The notes under the pieces: generated by a model
Told to the model about the DNA's origin: nothing
What the model saw: only the letters and a program-made list of their open reading frames with translations
Databases searched by the model: none
Shown: piece by piece, positions 1-13,173 of the stretch
Layout of the letters: every line of letters starts with the position of its first letter
Position numbering within the stretch: the first letter of the stretch is position 1
Program-made: the position numbers and the translations under genes
Source: Podarcis filfolensis
Taxonomy: Eukaryota
Length of the DNA stretch: 64,000 bases
NCBI GenBank assembly: GCA_964270895.1
Contig: OZ185440.1
Direction: 5' to 3' (one strand)

Positions 1-99
1 CTACAACTCCCGTCATCCCTGGCTAGTAGGACAAGTGGTCAGGAGTGATGGGAATTGTAGTCCAAAAACAGCTGGAGACCCAAATTTGGAAAGACCCTG
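1..99. mobile_element. Right part of a short hairpin-type hAT MITE, truncated by the window edge
   Basis: ctacaactccc...gggaattgtagtcc...accctg followed by ctctagac (Charlie-type target site); same family as 49172-49307. Confidence 0.7.
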
Positions 100-180
100 C
101 TCTAGACCATTGTTCTCCTTGGAACTGGCACCATCCAAACAAAACAACCAAAATGGCAGTGTTTAAGTGACGCAGTATTG

Positions 181-183
<3 letters not shown>

Positions 184-217
<34 letters not shown>
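184..217. repeat. (TG)n microsatellite
   Basis: Direct tandem repeat. Confidence 0.95.
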
Positions 218-220
<3 letters not shown>

Positions 221-724
221 GCTTTGCTATCTTGATTTAAGGCAGGGGTGGGAACCTTTGAACCCAAGGGCCACACTCATCTGAGAAGGGGCCAGAGGCA
301 AAAATTGGCAGAGTAATGGGTGTAAATCTTGCCTTTGTACAGTAGGCTGGTTTCAACATGCCTCCACCTCAGGCAAGAGACATCACAGTTCAAGAAGGCA
401 TTCCAGCCAGGCAAAAACACTTGAGGAGCAAAGCAGAGCCAGTAAGAAGTGTGGGCTGGGGCAAGTTGTGAGGGCCAGATAGGGGCCTGGAGGGCCACAT
501 GCATCATAATTTAAGGAGAGGGAAAACAAGAATGGGGTTCAATATTGTCTTCATTCCTCTGGCACATAATTGCATCCTCACCTTTCATGCCTCTAGATCT
601 GCTGCAGGTGTTCACATCAGATTGAGTAACTAAATTTTCTGCTTCAGATGCTGCTGGCCACTATTTAGTAATACATTTTATAAACTGTTCTTTTGTGTTT
701 CTTTTCCCCCCTTCTCCTCCTCAG

Positions 725-997
725 CTCCAGGTCCCACTGCAGCTGTGCCCTATGTGGCAATAAAGTGCATAGATGTCCGGAAGAACCACCACAGGAGCAA
801 ATGGCTTATGCCCTGGGGACCTGACCAGTGTGAAAAAATCAGAGACTTTGATGAAGCGATGAGCAGGCAAATCGAAGCCAATGATATTGTGTTTTCAATT
901 CACATGCCGCTCCCCCACAGGGAGATGAGCCCCTGGTTCCAGTTTATGGTCTACATTTTGCACATGGACATTGCTTTTAAGATTGACAACCAAATTA
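725..997 (+). CDS. WLS: Wntless coding exon 2 (273 nt; APGPTAAVPY...FKIDNQI)
   Basis: Pyrimidine tract and cag| at 724, |gtaagt at 998; translation matches the WLS lumenal domain (KNHH..KW..PWGP..C.KIRD, EMSPWFQFM). Confidence 0.97.
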
Positions 998-1304
998 GTA
1001 AGTACCTGGAAGAATTGTGTTTACATAGTTAATGTAGTAACCTGAAAAAGAGTATTGATGTAAGTCGGACTGAGTGGGTATGTTGTGTGTGTTTTAAAAG
1101 AAAGTGGTAAAGGAGAACGAAGCCCTGTCTTCTTCTCCTTGTATTAAGGCAAGAGAGAAGGTTATCTAGGACAACTTCACTCACCCATTTCCACATGGGC
1201 TTCCTTCTGACTTGTGGATTGCAGTGAACCAGGGCTTATTTTAATGGGCAGCCAGACTCAAAATAGGTTAGTTCCAGTGAGGGGGAAAGACGGTTCTGAA
1301 AAGA

Positions 1305-1419
1305 TAAGGTTGCCATATATCCAGAATTTCCCGGACATACCTGGAATATTGTAGTCAGAAGCAGTGTCTGTGTGGAAATTGGTGAAATGTCCTGGAAAAT
1401 CTGGATGTATGGCAACCCA
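1305..1419. mobile_element. Short hAT-like MITE (MER53-like termini)
   Basis: Inverted termini aggttgccata ... tatggcaaccc; no TSD visible. Confidence 0.65.
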
Positions 1420-3462
1420 TGTTGGCAGTGTTGTTTTTGCCTATTTTCCTTTAAAATACCTCAGAAAACAACATTTGTTTGTGATTCGTGCCCCCCCCCC
1501 CCACGAAAAGATTTAAGCAGTTCAGAAATTCAAGTGATGCAAAAGTTGTATTATGTTGGGTGATGTAAAAAGTGACTGAGAACAACGTGAAAGTAAATTA
1601 GTTTCTCCTTCCCTTACCAAGAACACTTTTCACAGGCTCTGCAGCTGCTCTTGGGAGTTCATGACATGTCTTGCGTGAAGCTTGATGATAGCACACTTCT
1701 GTGGTAGTGGTGTTAAGGGTATGAGAAAATCCTCAGAACTGGAAAATCTGTGCTGTCTTCTAAATGTCATGGAATGTGACTCCAAGCAAGAAAGTATTGT
1801 ATTCACACACACGGGGCACGCAGATTACAATCATGTACCACTGGCCGGTTCTCAATTTCCCTTTTAAAAAGTCCTGCAGTGGACAAGGGGAGAGCTCATC
1901 TCCTCTCGAGAATATGCTCATGCCAATGGGAAGGTTTATGGGTAGCAGTATGAAGAGATCAAAGTCCTCCTCATCTTTCCCTTTGAAGCAGTAAGTGGGA
2001 TGGGGAGCCTGTGGCCCTTCAGTTGTTGCTGAGCTACAGCTGTCACAATTCCTGATCATTAGCCATGCTATCTGGGGCTGATGAGAGCTGGAGTTGAGTG
2101 ACATCCAGAGAGGCATGGGTTCACCACCACGACAGTGATTCTTCAAGGGCAAAATCAAGCAGAAGAGCCTGCTCCCTTCAGATGTTGTGCCACTTATCAT
2201 TGTATGATGGGATTGTTTAAAAACACAATTTAATCCAGCAACGTGGTTGGGGTCAGGCTGCTTCCTTTGAAATTAGAAATGTGCCATGGCACACATGTTT
2301 AATATGATTGCATTATAATACGCTGTTGTGAAAATTACTGTGAAGTCTGTGCTTGTGGAAGTTGTCATGATAGATGTGTTAATTGCGTGGTTTTGAACTG
2401 TTGTCCTGGCATATGTGACAACACCATATAGTAGATTGTCATGCCACTTTTGTGACTTGCAGCAATGAGTTTACATTTTCCTTAATATATAAGTGGCGGT
2501 GTAGCAGATCTTAAGGCTGGCCTATTTTAGTTCTAAGCATTGTGCATAACATGTGGAAAGTTGCTAGAACCACACATTCCAGTCGAGTTATAATTCCACG
2601 AGCAGCGTTTCCACTCAGTTTGTAAAGACTTCATTCAGTTTGACAAGCACAGCGATCCTGAGAGATTTCCTTTCTGCATTGGCAAGAAATGTGTGGAAGC
2701 AAAGGAGAATAGAGTCTTAGGATGATTGATGTCTTTCCTCCCTTTTTTTAAATCGCTGGATTGGAGTTGGCTGCTAATGTTGGGGGGCGGGGGGAGGGAG
2801 AGCTTATTCACATTGATCTGACTTCACCAGCCCCAAATAGCTTTTTCTTTTCTGTCTTGGTGACCAAGAAAAAAATAATACAAGTGTAGTTTTCTCCTGT
2901 AATCAAGGAGAAGCATGAAGGTGAAAGTCATTGTGAGATCATTCTTGGCTTGGTTTTCCTGCTCTAATTTGAGTGACTGTAGCTCTGCCCTGGCTTTGCC
3001 ATTTCTAGACGGAGGAGGAGTATACAGACTGGCCTGAGTCCAGGTCAGAATTCACTCTAGCAGATTTCCTGATTTCTATAGAATTCATTCTTCCAAATGC
3101 TCCCCTTTTCCCAACCGCTACTAAACTACTGTATTGACATTGGGTGATACTTGGTCATGCCTTTAACTGTATAAAGCCATCACCAGCTATTTCACCTCGA
3201 GCCACTGAAACCTGCAACCATTGCCCCTGTTGTTCCTCATCAGTGGGCAGGTGACACTTTTATTTTGTATCCTGCTCTTCCTCCAAGAGGCAGCACACAT
3301 GAGGCTATCAGGTTGTTATCTCAGAAGCCCCGTGATATAGAATGAGGCTGTGAGAGGCTGACCTGCCTAAAGCCTTACCCAGTGACCTGCTTTGGGCATC
3401 AATTTGTCAAAGTGTCCCTTTGAGTGTAATACAAGTGAATGTGTTGACAGCAGTTGGTTCCT

Positions 3463-3510
3463 TTCCTTCCTTCCTTCCTTCCTTCCTTCCTTCCTTCCTT
3501 CCTTCCTTCC
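3463..3510. repeat. (TTCC)n microsatellite
   Basis: About 12 tandem units. Confidence 0.95.
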
Positions 3511-5502
3511 TTTCTTTCCTTTCTTTCCCCACTTCAAACACTGGTCCATGTAAGAGCAGAGACCTTTCTGAGATCACCGGAACTGGCGTAGCACGGCATT
3601 TTTAAAAGCTTTGGAGCCCCCCTTCGTACATTTGCACCACTCCAAGAACGTATGGAGGGGAGAATGGGATCTTCTCTGACGCTGGTTCCTCCCCAACGTC
3701 ATTGTCCGCCTTCATTTCCCTGACCTCCACATATTGTGCAGGAGAAGTGGGGTCTGTGCACACACAGCTGTGCACATGTTGGCTCTTCTTTCAGAGCTTC
3801 CCAATGCAGAAAGGTTGAGAGAGTAAAGCTACTGGAGACATGGAGGACTGTAAGCGCAGTGCGTAGACAGAAGAGGTCTCAGCTCTGATCTGGAATTGTT
3901 CCCGTTCTTTCTGTGCGCACGCACATACCCACCTCTGTCGTTCACATCTCAGCTCTGTAATGAGCTTTGCCGATAGGCCTTGGGTATGCCAGTGTGTCTC
4001 GGCCTCAGCTCTGCCATCTGTAACTGGCAAGCGAGACTGACTGGCTTTGTGGGCTGCGATTAGAAAATGAGTGCTATGTAAAATATTGGCTCCTCACAGG
4101 TCCTGGATGTGCTCAATATGGGGCAGCTGTGTTGGTTAAGCCGTTTTAACTTAGCTGTGCAGACATGTGCTCCATCGCACAGATGACAACAACAACAACA
4201 ACAATTGTATTATTTATACTCCGCCCATCTGGCTTCGTTTCCCCAGCCACTCATGCTTTGCCTATATGGTCTGAAGTGCTGGCTCCTTCAAATTCTACCT
4301 TTGAACACTTTTGCTGCTCTGCACTGAAAATTGTGCTCATGAGTTTCGTAACTAATTCAGCGGCTCCTTGTTTTTACATGCCACAAGAAGGGCTACGGCA
4401 ACCACAGGATGCCTTCTTTGAACTCACTGGGATACCTGTAATGGTCTGCAAACATTTTTTGCTCTCTGGTGTCTCCATGTTGCCCCAATAGGAATTTACT
4501 GACTTGGCTTTTGACTTCTTTTGAACACCCATCCTTTTCTCTGTCTCAGGAGAGGCAGGGCAGTCCCAATATGCAGTCCAGAAAGCTAGACCCAAGATGT
4601 CTGCAGCAATTCTTTGCTTCCAATTGTTTCCTGGTGGGCAGAGTTATTTTGGTGTTTGACATTCGGATTCAGAGAGGGTGTGTACAGGCATATATAGAAT
4701 GCCTGGATTGGGGGGACACCGGAGGAATAAAAATGGCTGCAGTGACTCATTGTGTGACTCAGTCCAGTCACTTCTTTCAACCAGTATCCCTCGGCTGCTT
4801 GAACCACCAAATGAAGATGATTGGTGCCTTAAAAGCCACCGTTTTACCACAGTTTAATTACTGTTTCTTTGTTTACTGTGCACAGAAACCCGGGAACCAG
4901 GCACTAGCATGATTGAGTCCTTACAAATTCATCATTTAACGAGCAAAAGATTTTCTGGCAGTGGAATAAAACCCCAGTCTTGGCAGGATGCCTTGAATAG
5001 ATCTTTGTAGTGGTTTCATTTTAACTTCAAGATAATGCAGATTGATTATGATGCTGTAACTGAAACATCTTGGAGGCTGACATTGGTGCCCTTGAAGGAT
5101 GCTGTGCTTTTCTTTCTGAGGGATATGTTTGTTTTGCATGCTTATGGAAATTAGGTTCTTCCACTGACTAAATATTTATGCTGTTTATTGCAACAATTGT
5201 TGTGAACAAATTAATGGCTAGTATTTAAATGTGGGGATAAGCTGCTCTTGTGGAAGTGACAGATTGTGACAAGACAATCTATTGTTTGGGGGCTGTTGTG
5301 TATTTGTGATTGTTTGAGGTGTATGGGAGTCAGCAGCTTCTGGTCTTGGTCCTCGTTCAAAAGTGAGAAAACCTTTCCCCCCCAACCACACTCCCTCACG
5401 AGAAATAGCTTGGCACTCACATGGACAGGCAGTAGGCAGGGCCACTCCCATTTCCCTAAGAATATTGATCAAGAGAGGGGAGGATTGATGGTGAACTTAG
5501 TG

Positions 5503-5771
5503 CAGAGCTGGGGAATCTATGACCCTCCCAATGTGGTTAAACTGAACTCCTATTGTTCCTGGCCATTGAATCATAGAATCATAGGATTGCAAAGGACCAC
5601 AGGTATAATGATTGTCTAGTGCAAACCTGTGCAGTACAGGAAACTTTTGCCCAGTGGGGGATTCGAACCCACAACACTGAGATTAAGAGTCTCATGCTCT
5701 ACTAACAGGGCTGGTTGCTGATGGGACATGGAATCCAACAGCATCTGTAGGGTCACACATTCCCACACCTG
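5503..5771. mobile_element. Old hairpin-type hAT MITE interrupted by a SINE insertion
   Basis: cagagctggggaa...ttcccacacctg termini; the internal halves match the 44454-44590 family on either side of the SINE. Confidence 0.55.
5567..5710 (-). mobile_element. tRNA-Lys-derived SINE with CR1-like 3' tail
   Basis: Minus strand reads gtagagcatgagactcttaatctcagtgttgtgggttcgaatcccc (tRNA-Lys-like, B box) followed by ...atcctatgattctatgattc, a CR1-type tail. Confidence 0.85.
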
Positions 5772-5836
5772 CCTTAACTTGAGATCATCACCTTACCCCA
5801 AGTCTTTCTCACATAAAGCCCCAAACCCACCACACA

Positions 5837-6074
5837 GAGAGCCAGTGTGGTGTAGTGGTTGAGAGCAGTAGACTCGTAACCACGTTCACGATTCCGCTCC
5901 TCCACATGCAGCTGCTGGGTGACCTTGGGCTAGTCACATTTCTCTGAAGTCTCTCAGCCCCACTCACAGAGTGTTTGTTGTGGGGGAGGAAGGGAAAGGA
6001 GAATGTTAGCTGCTTTGAGACTCCTTCGGGTAGTGATAAAGCGGGATATCAATTCCAAACTCTTCTTCTTCTTC
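5837..6074 (+). mobile_element. tRNA-derived squamate SINE (Squam3-like) with (CTT)n tail
   Basis: gagagccagtgtggtgtagtggtt A-box head, tgctgggtgaccttgggctagtcac core, ends ccaaactcttcttcttcttc; family name from memory. Confidence 0.8.
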
Positions 6075-6318
6075 ATACAGACATGCACACCAGTAGCAGA
6101 CTTTAGGGCTTTCAGATTTCAGCGGCGCCCTGTGCTGTGCCAAAATTAATTGCCTCTTGCCTTCCATTCTAAGTCATTGTTGCGACACCCTCTCGACTTG
6201 GTGCCTAGTACGGGTGAACAGGTTGCGGTCCCCTAAATCCGCCATGTCGCTCTTTTGTATTTTCCTCTGGTCACATGTACCTCTGAATCTTCTCTTCCTC
6301 ACTCTCTCCTCAACCTTG

Positions 6319-6380
6319 ATCATAGAATTGTAGATTAGGAAGAGGGACCCCAAGGGCCATTTAGTCCAACCCCCTGCTCT
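6319..6380 (-). mobile_element. CR1-type 3' tail fragment
   Basis: atcatagaattgtagattaggaagagggacccc...tagtccaacccc. Confidence 0.65.
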
Positions 6381-9300
6381 TGAAAGGGCATGAGTTGCTT
6401 ATATTGATTACTATCCCTGTTCTGGAATTAAACAGCAAGAGTCCCAGTGGCGGTTGTATATACAAATTGGGGATGGGGAACCCATAGCCCTGCAGATGAT
6501 GCTAGACTGCAGCTCTGAAATCCCTTCCCATTGACCGTTTTGCTGAGGTTGATGGGAGTTGCAGGCCAATAACTTCTGAAGGGCCACAAGTTGCCCAAGT
6601 CTGCACAGAATATGCATTTCAAACATGGCACCTCAACTGCTAAAGCAGCATCAATATCCAATTGGTTAATCCTAAATGACTATAATTGATTGCTACTTTA
6701 ATAGCAACCTCCAAATTTCCATTGATTTTGAAGTGTTGTTTTGCCTGCCAGAAAGTGTACAAAAATGGGCAACAATCAATTCCTATTTCATTATAATAAC
6801 TCATTCCTTTCTAGGCAGAACCTGAAAACAGATAACCTTTTTGTTTTAGAGTAGACTAATGCTCTTTGCCAAACAGGTGGAAGAAATCGCTTGGTATCCT
6901 CTTGGAAGTGGCTACCAGCTCTCTCAAATGCTTTTAACTAGTGAAATAGGTCAAACGATTTGTGCAACTTGATAGTGATTTTAAAAGAGAGAGAGATCGA
7001 TCAAAAATCTCCAAACTGATCTCCAGTCCTGTTCTATTGCAGCAGCAAAGCCTCCTTTCTCACAAGGCGTATGAAACAAGTGCTCTGTGTGAATAACATT
7101 GACCATCTTCCAGTAATAACACAGCTGTTGAAAGGGCTTAGTCACCCAGGCAATTGAGGCATTTCTGAAAGGGGAATGTTTGTATTCAGCAACCTGACAT
7201 TTGACTAGATGGGACCTTGAATCGGAAGGGGTGGAACACAGGCGAGAGAAAGAGAGGCTCTCTCGTTCTCTAGCCAGAAGAGATCCCTGTTTGGGGCCTG
7301 GCACAAAAGGCTCATTCTGAAACAAGGAAGGCCACTCCAGTGTTTCGTAAGCAATCTTATTCCTCTCAACAAGTCAGAGCTCCAGCTCTCTCCACCTCCC
7401 CATTAAGCACTTCATCCCTCTGTCCCTCGCTGTTTCCCTGGTTATTTCCAAACAGCTTCTGCTATAATTCTCTCATGGACTTTGGCACAACCCAGATACC
7501 ACCTTGCCGCTTCCATTAGCCAGGAATCAGCCTGGGGAACTGGCAGTGTTCCTGTGCAACTAGCAAGTGTCACATGTCTGGGGCACGTAAACCCTTCCTT
7601 CAGCTTTTCCATTGGGATGGGAGGTGTCCCAAACACTGATGAGCCTTCACAAGTGTGACCAAAACAAAAATGGGCAGCAGTGGTATTTTCCTTTTCGTTG
7701 TGGCCTTGTGCCCTGCACCTGGGGATGGAGATTGGGTAGGTTGATGTATCGAAGGAAGCTTGAAGAGTAGGGTTGCATTGATTCAGAATTGGTCTTTAGG
7801 TGGATATGTGTCTGTGTATATATGTGTATTTGAAACTTTGCAAATAAACAGCAGAGGACAGAAGGGTGGACCTGAATAATCCTTAATCCTAAGTGTGAGG
7901 GGCATTAGCCGCCTTCTCTGCTGATTGATGGTGGGGGTTTTTTCACGGTGAGCAACACCAGAACCATTGAAAAAGGCCTTCTGCTTCATTTTTCTCCTCG
8001 CCTTGTACCTTCTGTGAAATAACACCTGCCACGTTTTGGGTGCTGTTGCTTTTAGGCCAGCAGTTTGGTTAGATCAACTACAAGGTAAACTAGTTCCCTA
8101 CTGTTAATGTCCTGCTAATGTGCTGCTATTATGGGCTGTTCCGCAAGTTTGACAATGAGAGGGGATGCACACGTTTTGGGAGGGAGAACACACAGTCCCA
8201 AACAGACTTTCTACTATGTTGCCTGGGAATAGTTATCCCCATCTGGCTGCATTTACCCTGCTCTTCAGGCCAAGAAGACCTCCCAGAGTGGCTTGCAAAA
8301 AATAATAATCCTTGATTAGCAAGACTGGTGCTGTTTACAGTCTTACAATCTACAAAGGACACGACACAAAAGGAAAAAGTGAGGCAGTGAGAAAGGAACA
8401 AGGAAACGGGCAAACTCGAGCACCGGTTATTAAAGTTACAAAGTTCTTACTGTACCCAGCTTGAGTGAGGTCAACCCATCTCTCTCGCCTGACAAAGTTG
8501 TTGAGCGGGTGCTTCTACAATGCAGTAGCCGCAACAAACTAAGAAGAGGTCACTAAAAGTTTGACCAAGGAAAAGGAAGGACCCTTAGCAAGACAAACAG
8601 ATAAAGCTTTGTTGTATTGTGTTGTACAACTGACTGTTCTGTCAGTGGCTTCCCCAATATCTCATGCATTTTTTTTCTCTCATCACCTGCTCTTGAACTT
8701 TTAACTGGAGTCAGGAATCAAACTAGGGACTTTATGCTTGCAAAACATTTGCTCTGTTATTGGGCTGTACCACCCCCACCCTATGTTGCACAGCACTGCA
8801 CCATACATCTAGCACTCAGTAAATTGGGCTGTATCTGATATCCCACCACTTCCTTGTTCAATAAGAACTGGAAAGTATTCTTGGTTCTCCACCATCCTAT
8901 TGAATGTGCTACCATCTTCAGCAAGCAAAACACACACACATTTGCTTATGTCCAGTTACTGAATATCATCATGGATTATATATCCTTGCAAACAAGGGTG
9001 CTTTCATCTCCGCTTCTGTAATTGGGCCATCCCAAGCTTCTAGTGGAAGGTGGAAATGGCCTCATGTTCCTCCATCTCCCCCTGTGCAGGACTTAAGTTT
9101 GTATATACAGTAGGTATCCTAAACCATTTACTAGCTTTAGTTATCATCCATGTACTTAAATATTGGTGCTGCCAGTCTGATACACGGTAACATGAACAAT
9201 GTCTCACTGGTCGGATGTCAACACTGCATGATCCATGATCTGGTGGGATGCTTTTTTCCTTGAAAAATACTTTATTTAATATATTATGTCATGTGGATTC

Positions 9301-10434
9301 TCTTCACATGCAGCAAAATGACTGGGGAGTCTATAAAGTTTTTGGCTGCTATTGCTGGCCATGCTAAAGAAATTGTAGATGCCAAGCCACTTCTGTGCTG
9401 CATGCTTCCTTTTGTCTGGGAAAGGAGCTGAGGAGAGTTGGACATGGGTGCCTGAAGGAGTGTGGTGCATCTTCAGGGAACTGCAGTCATATCCTACCTG
9501 CTTTTCCTGTTTCAGAACAGTAAAGACACCAAGGGAGGGTAGCGTTTTTCGCTCTGCATGGCCAAAGCAGCCCAGAGGCCTTGGCTGTATGGCTGCCAAA
9601 CAGCTCTTGGCCTTTCTCCTGATTGTGGAGGTGGTGAGGTGGCAGGTATCCCCATTCAAAACTTTCCGCCTGTGCAGCTTTGAAGTTGGTAGGAAGACTG
9701 ATCACTCTCTGTGGTGAGCAGAATGATTTGGGGTCCAGAAATGGCATGGCTCTCTCCAAATGATGTGATTAGTATGTACTAGCTGCAAGTCCTGTCATTG
9801 TTTGGCATCTCTATTTTTAGATCTATGGTGTGAACAAAAGATTTTTGAATGTGTAAAGCTAGAAAGGGAACGGGTAGTGTTTGAAACTACATCTTTACCT
9901 GCAGAGGGAGGAAAGCTTTGTGAAATGTTAAGTTGAATTCAGAGGCAAGACTTTGTATATGTATATATTTTTTTAAAAGGGCGAGTGTCAGAAAATGCAT
10001 CAAGGATGTTTATGAGTGTCTAGTATAAAAAGGCAATGCTGGTCTTTACTCTTGTTTCACAGGCAAGTGTAGTGCAGTTAGATGTTCCAGCATTTAAAGC
10101 TGTCTGACCACACACGAGTGGTTCTGAGGTAAAAGTTTTCTAATGCATGTACTGCAACAGTTTTACTTTTGAGTTGCTGAACTGAGAAGGTTTAGCAGAC
10201 AACAAGATCCATGGTACCCACCAGCAAGCTGTTGTTGCCTCTGAAACACTCCCATAGCCACCCTTTCTCCCTCCTCTTGGGGACTGAGATTGAAGAATGT
10301 GACAAAGGATGGCTTCATGTTGGTAGGAGATGAGGAGCTTCCATTTGAGGACTTTTCAGCACCATGGAGTTAAGGAAGAGCTTTTCCAGGAGAGGGGGAA
10401 GCAGGAGTGTGCTAGGCTGCTTTAAGTCTTAGTG

Positions 10435-10687
10435 CAGGGGTCAGCAACCTTTTTCAGCCGTGGGCCGGTCCACCGTCCCTCAGACCATGTGGTGGGCCAG
10501 ACTATATTTTTTTGGGGGGGGGAATGAATGAATTCCTCTGCCCCACAAATAATCCAGAGATGCATTTTAAATAAAAGGACACATTCTACTCATGTAAAAA
10601 CATGCTGATTCCTGGACCATCCGTGGGCCTGATTGAGAAGGTGATTGGGCCGCATCCGGCCCACGGGCCTTAGGTTGCCTGCCCCTG
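10435..10687. mobile_element. hAT (Charlie-like) MITE with 8-bp TSD TCTTAGTG
   Basis: TIRs caggggtcagcaacc / ggttgcctgcccctg; TCTTAGTG at 10427-10434 and 10688-10695. Confidence 0.92.
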
Positions 10688-10744
10688 TCTTAGTGCTTCC
10701 CATTTTAGAAACAGTATCCTGCTCTAAACCAGTGGCATTAACTT

Positions 10745-10851
10745 ATTTATTTATTTATTTTGATTTCTTCTCAGTCCTTCACCAGAAGGTCTCAACAATA
10801 CAGGATTAAAATAGGTTAAAATAATTTTCCACCAGAAGAATAGAGTGGGTC

Positions 10852-10895
<44 letters not shown>

Positions 10896-11210
10896 ATGTA
10901 TCAGATGTCAAAGGCCAAGTTATAGAGCTACAGTCAAAATGCAGTCAGATGTGCCTCTACAGGAAGTGAATTCTGCAACTTAGGGGTTGCCCTCTCGCAG
11001 GGTGATGCCTCATGAACTTCTGTTAAGACCTCTGCTTGTCTTCACACCAGAGAGGATTGGTACAGTCTTTGAGATATTGGGGACCATTTAAGGTTTTAAG
11101 AGGCCATTTCTGAACTGGCCTCAGAAATGAACTGGCAACCAATGGCACTGTTCTAAAATGGGGGGTATGTGAGTAATTTGGCTGCTGCGTTTTAAACCTC
11201 CAGGGGCTTT
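10745..11210 (-). mobile_element. Degenerate L2 LINE 3' fragment containing a (CA)n tract at 10854-10893
   Basis: Minus strand gives L2 ORF2-like HIPPILEQCHWLPV..NGPQYLKD remnants and a (TAAA)n tail. Confidence 0.55.
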
Positions 11211-12360
11211 CCTGGGAAGGGTGTGTTACAGTAATCTAGTTACTGAGCAAAGACTAGGGTGGACAAATAATCTCTGCCCACAAGGAGGAGGTCTTGTTTT
11301 GTGTTGACGATCTTTTTGCCCAAACAACAGCAAAACTTGCAGCTCTACTGCCAGTACTGTCCTCTATTAAGATTTACAAAAAATAATAATAAATATATGC
11401 TGTATGTGTGGCCTGCATTTAGAGTTGTCCCTTATATCTTGCCATGCTAAGAGATCGGAGTAAACTTAATGTATTCAGCTATTACTCATGTAGTGATCTT
11501 CGACATTAAGATTCTCATTTTAAATCTGGAATGTGCAGGTTGTAGGTAATCTAGAAGGTTTTGGTTGTTGTTTTTTGGTGGAGGGAGCGAACCAAAAAGC
11601 CCTGAAAAAAATGTCATTGCTCCCATGCAGAAGAGAACCACCTCCAAGCGCTGTATAAATAGATGGTCTGAACCACAAAGCACTTCCACACCCGTTCCCA
11701 GCACGCTAGATGAGCATCTCTCCACGTAATCCCAATAAATTATAACTTTGAAACCGGTAACAGATGTCTAGGCCGGCAGAGCTTCAAAGACATTTCTTTC
11801 TCAACTGCAGGCTAGAAAGCTGCATTTGTGAAGCATGAGGAACAATTGTCTTCTGCTTGGCACTGACTCTTGGGACTAGAAGTCTTAATCGGCTGCAGCT
11901 TCTTGCATGTCAAGTGTCTCTTGGCAATATATGTAACAAGGTTGAGCTTGCAGATGGATTATATTTATGCCAAATCCAAGTGTTATTTGTGGTCTTGTAT
12001 AAGAATGACAGCAAAGGTTGTAGTCGGCTGGCAGTAATTTAAGCCAGGCGCAGGTGTTTGTAAACATGTGCCATCTAGGATTCCTGTAGAAATCTGAAGA
12101 ATGGGGGTAGCTAGGATAGAATCTGCATTAAAGAGCTCAGAAGGAATTCCCAAGGATGTATGTTCCCTCCTACTTTGGGGGTAGCAGGGAGGAAGGAATT
12201 TTGTCCCTGCTAGCAGCTCAGAATTATGGAGTGCCAAAGTCGCTTGATTGGGTTTCTATTCTGTCACAATCAGTAGAACATTTTGACCACATCCACACCA
12301 TACATTTAAAACAAACTCATTCCACTTCTAAGAGTCATGGCTCCCCCCGCCCCAAAATAT

Positions 12361-12493
12361 AGAGATGGACAGTGTTCTCAGAGCTACCAACATGAGTTTG
12401 ACCAAACTTTGGGAGGCAGTGGAAGACAGGAGTGCCTGGTGTGCTCTGGTCCGTGGGGCCACGAAGAGTTGGACATGACTAAACAACAACAAA
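12361..12493 (+). mobile_element. Bov-B/RTE LINE 3' end fragment
   Basis: catgagtttgaccaaactttgggaggcagtggaagacaggagtgcctgg..gtccgtggggccacgaagagttggacatgact plus (AAC)n tail; resembles the Bov-B 3' end. Confidence 0.8.
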
Positions 12494-13048
12494 TGGAATG
12501 TTTCTAAGAGCCTGAGGATTTATTACTTGGTTTGCATGACTTGAGAAGCCAAACTATGGCTTTACAGGGCCCAGACAAGCTTGTAGACAACTTTGCAGCT
12601 CAACAGCAAGCCCAGGTTCGAACAGCACGCCAAGTGAAACCTTGGCTTTGCTGAGTGTGGCAGAGACCACAGGACCAGGGAAGGAGCACAGAGGCTGCAG
12701 CCTCCCCTGGGAGTCCCATATGGTCCCAGGAAGCTTACATTGTTGTAAGAATCTAGGCCAATGTGTAGACCTGTGAAAAAGGGCTCCATTCTAAATCGTG
12801 TACACAGCAAGGATTAGACTTTATCCCAGAGCATCATTGATCTAACAGCTTGGATTTTTTTCTTTCAAATGCGAAACAAGTAAATTTTATGTGTAATCTA
12901 ATCGCCCCAATGAGCGATTTTGTATGTCGCTTTGGGTTGCCTTGGGCAAAATAAAGTGACTTAGAAGATTTTAATAATAATTTTATCCTGCTTTTCATGC
13001 TCTACCTGCTTCTTTCTGTAACAAGTTTTGATTGCTTTGTTCTTACAG

Positions 13049-13173
13049 AAGAAAATGCAGAAATTATGCTTGATGTGTCCTTAGCGTACCGTGACGACAT
13101 GAGCGAGGAGTGGGTAGAAATGGCACACGAAGTTGAGACCCGAAAGCTAAAATGTAAATTTGGAGCTCCAAAA
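13049..13173 (+). CDS. WLS: Wntless coding exon 3 (125 nt; KENAEIMLDVSLAYRDD...KFGAPK)
   Basis: cag| at 13048, |gtaggt at 13174; phase fits exons 2 and 4. Confidence 0.97.

Noticed and set aside
5567-5710. Possible tRNA genes here and at 31930-31998 and 39445-39520
   Set aside because: Acceptor stems are decayed and each is fused to a CR1 tail, so they are SINE heads.
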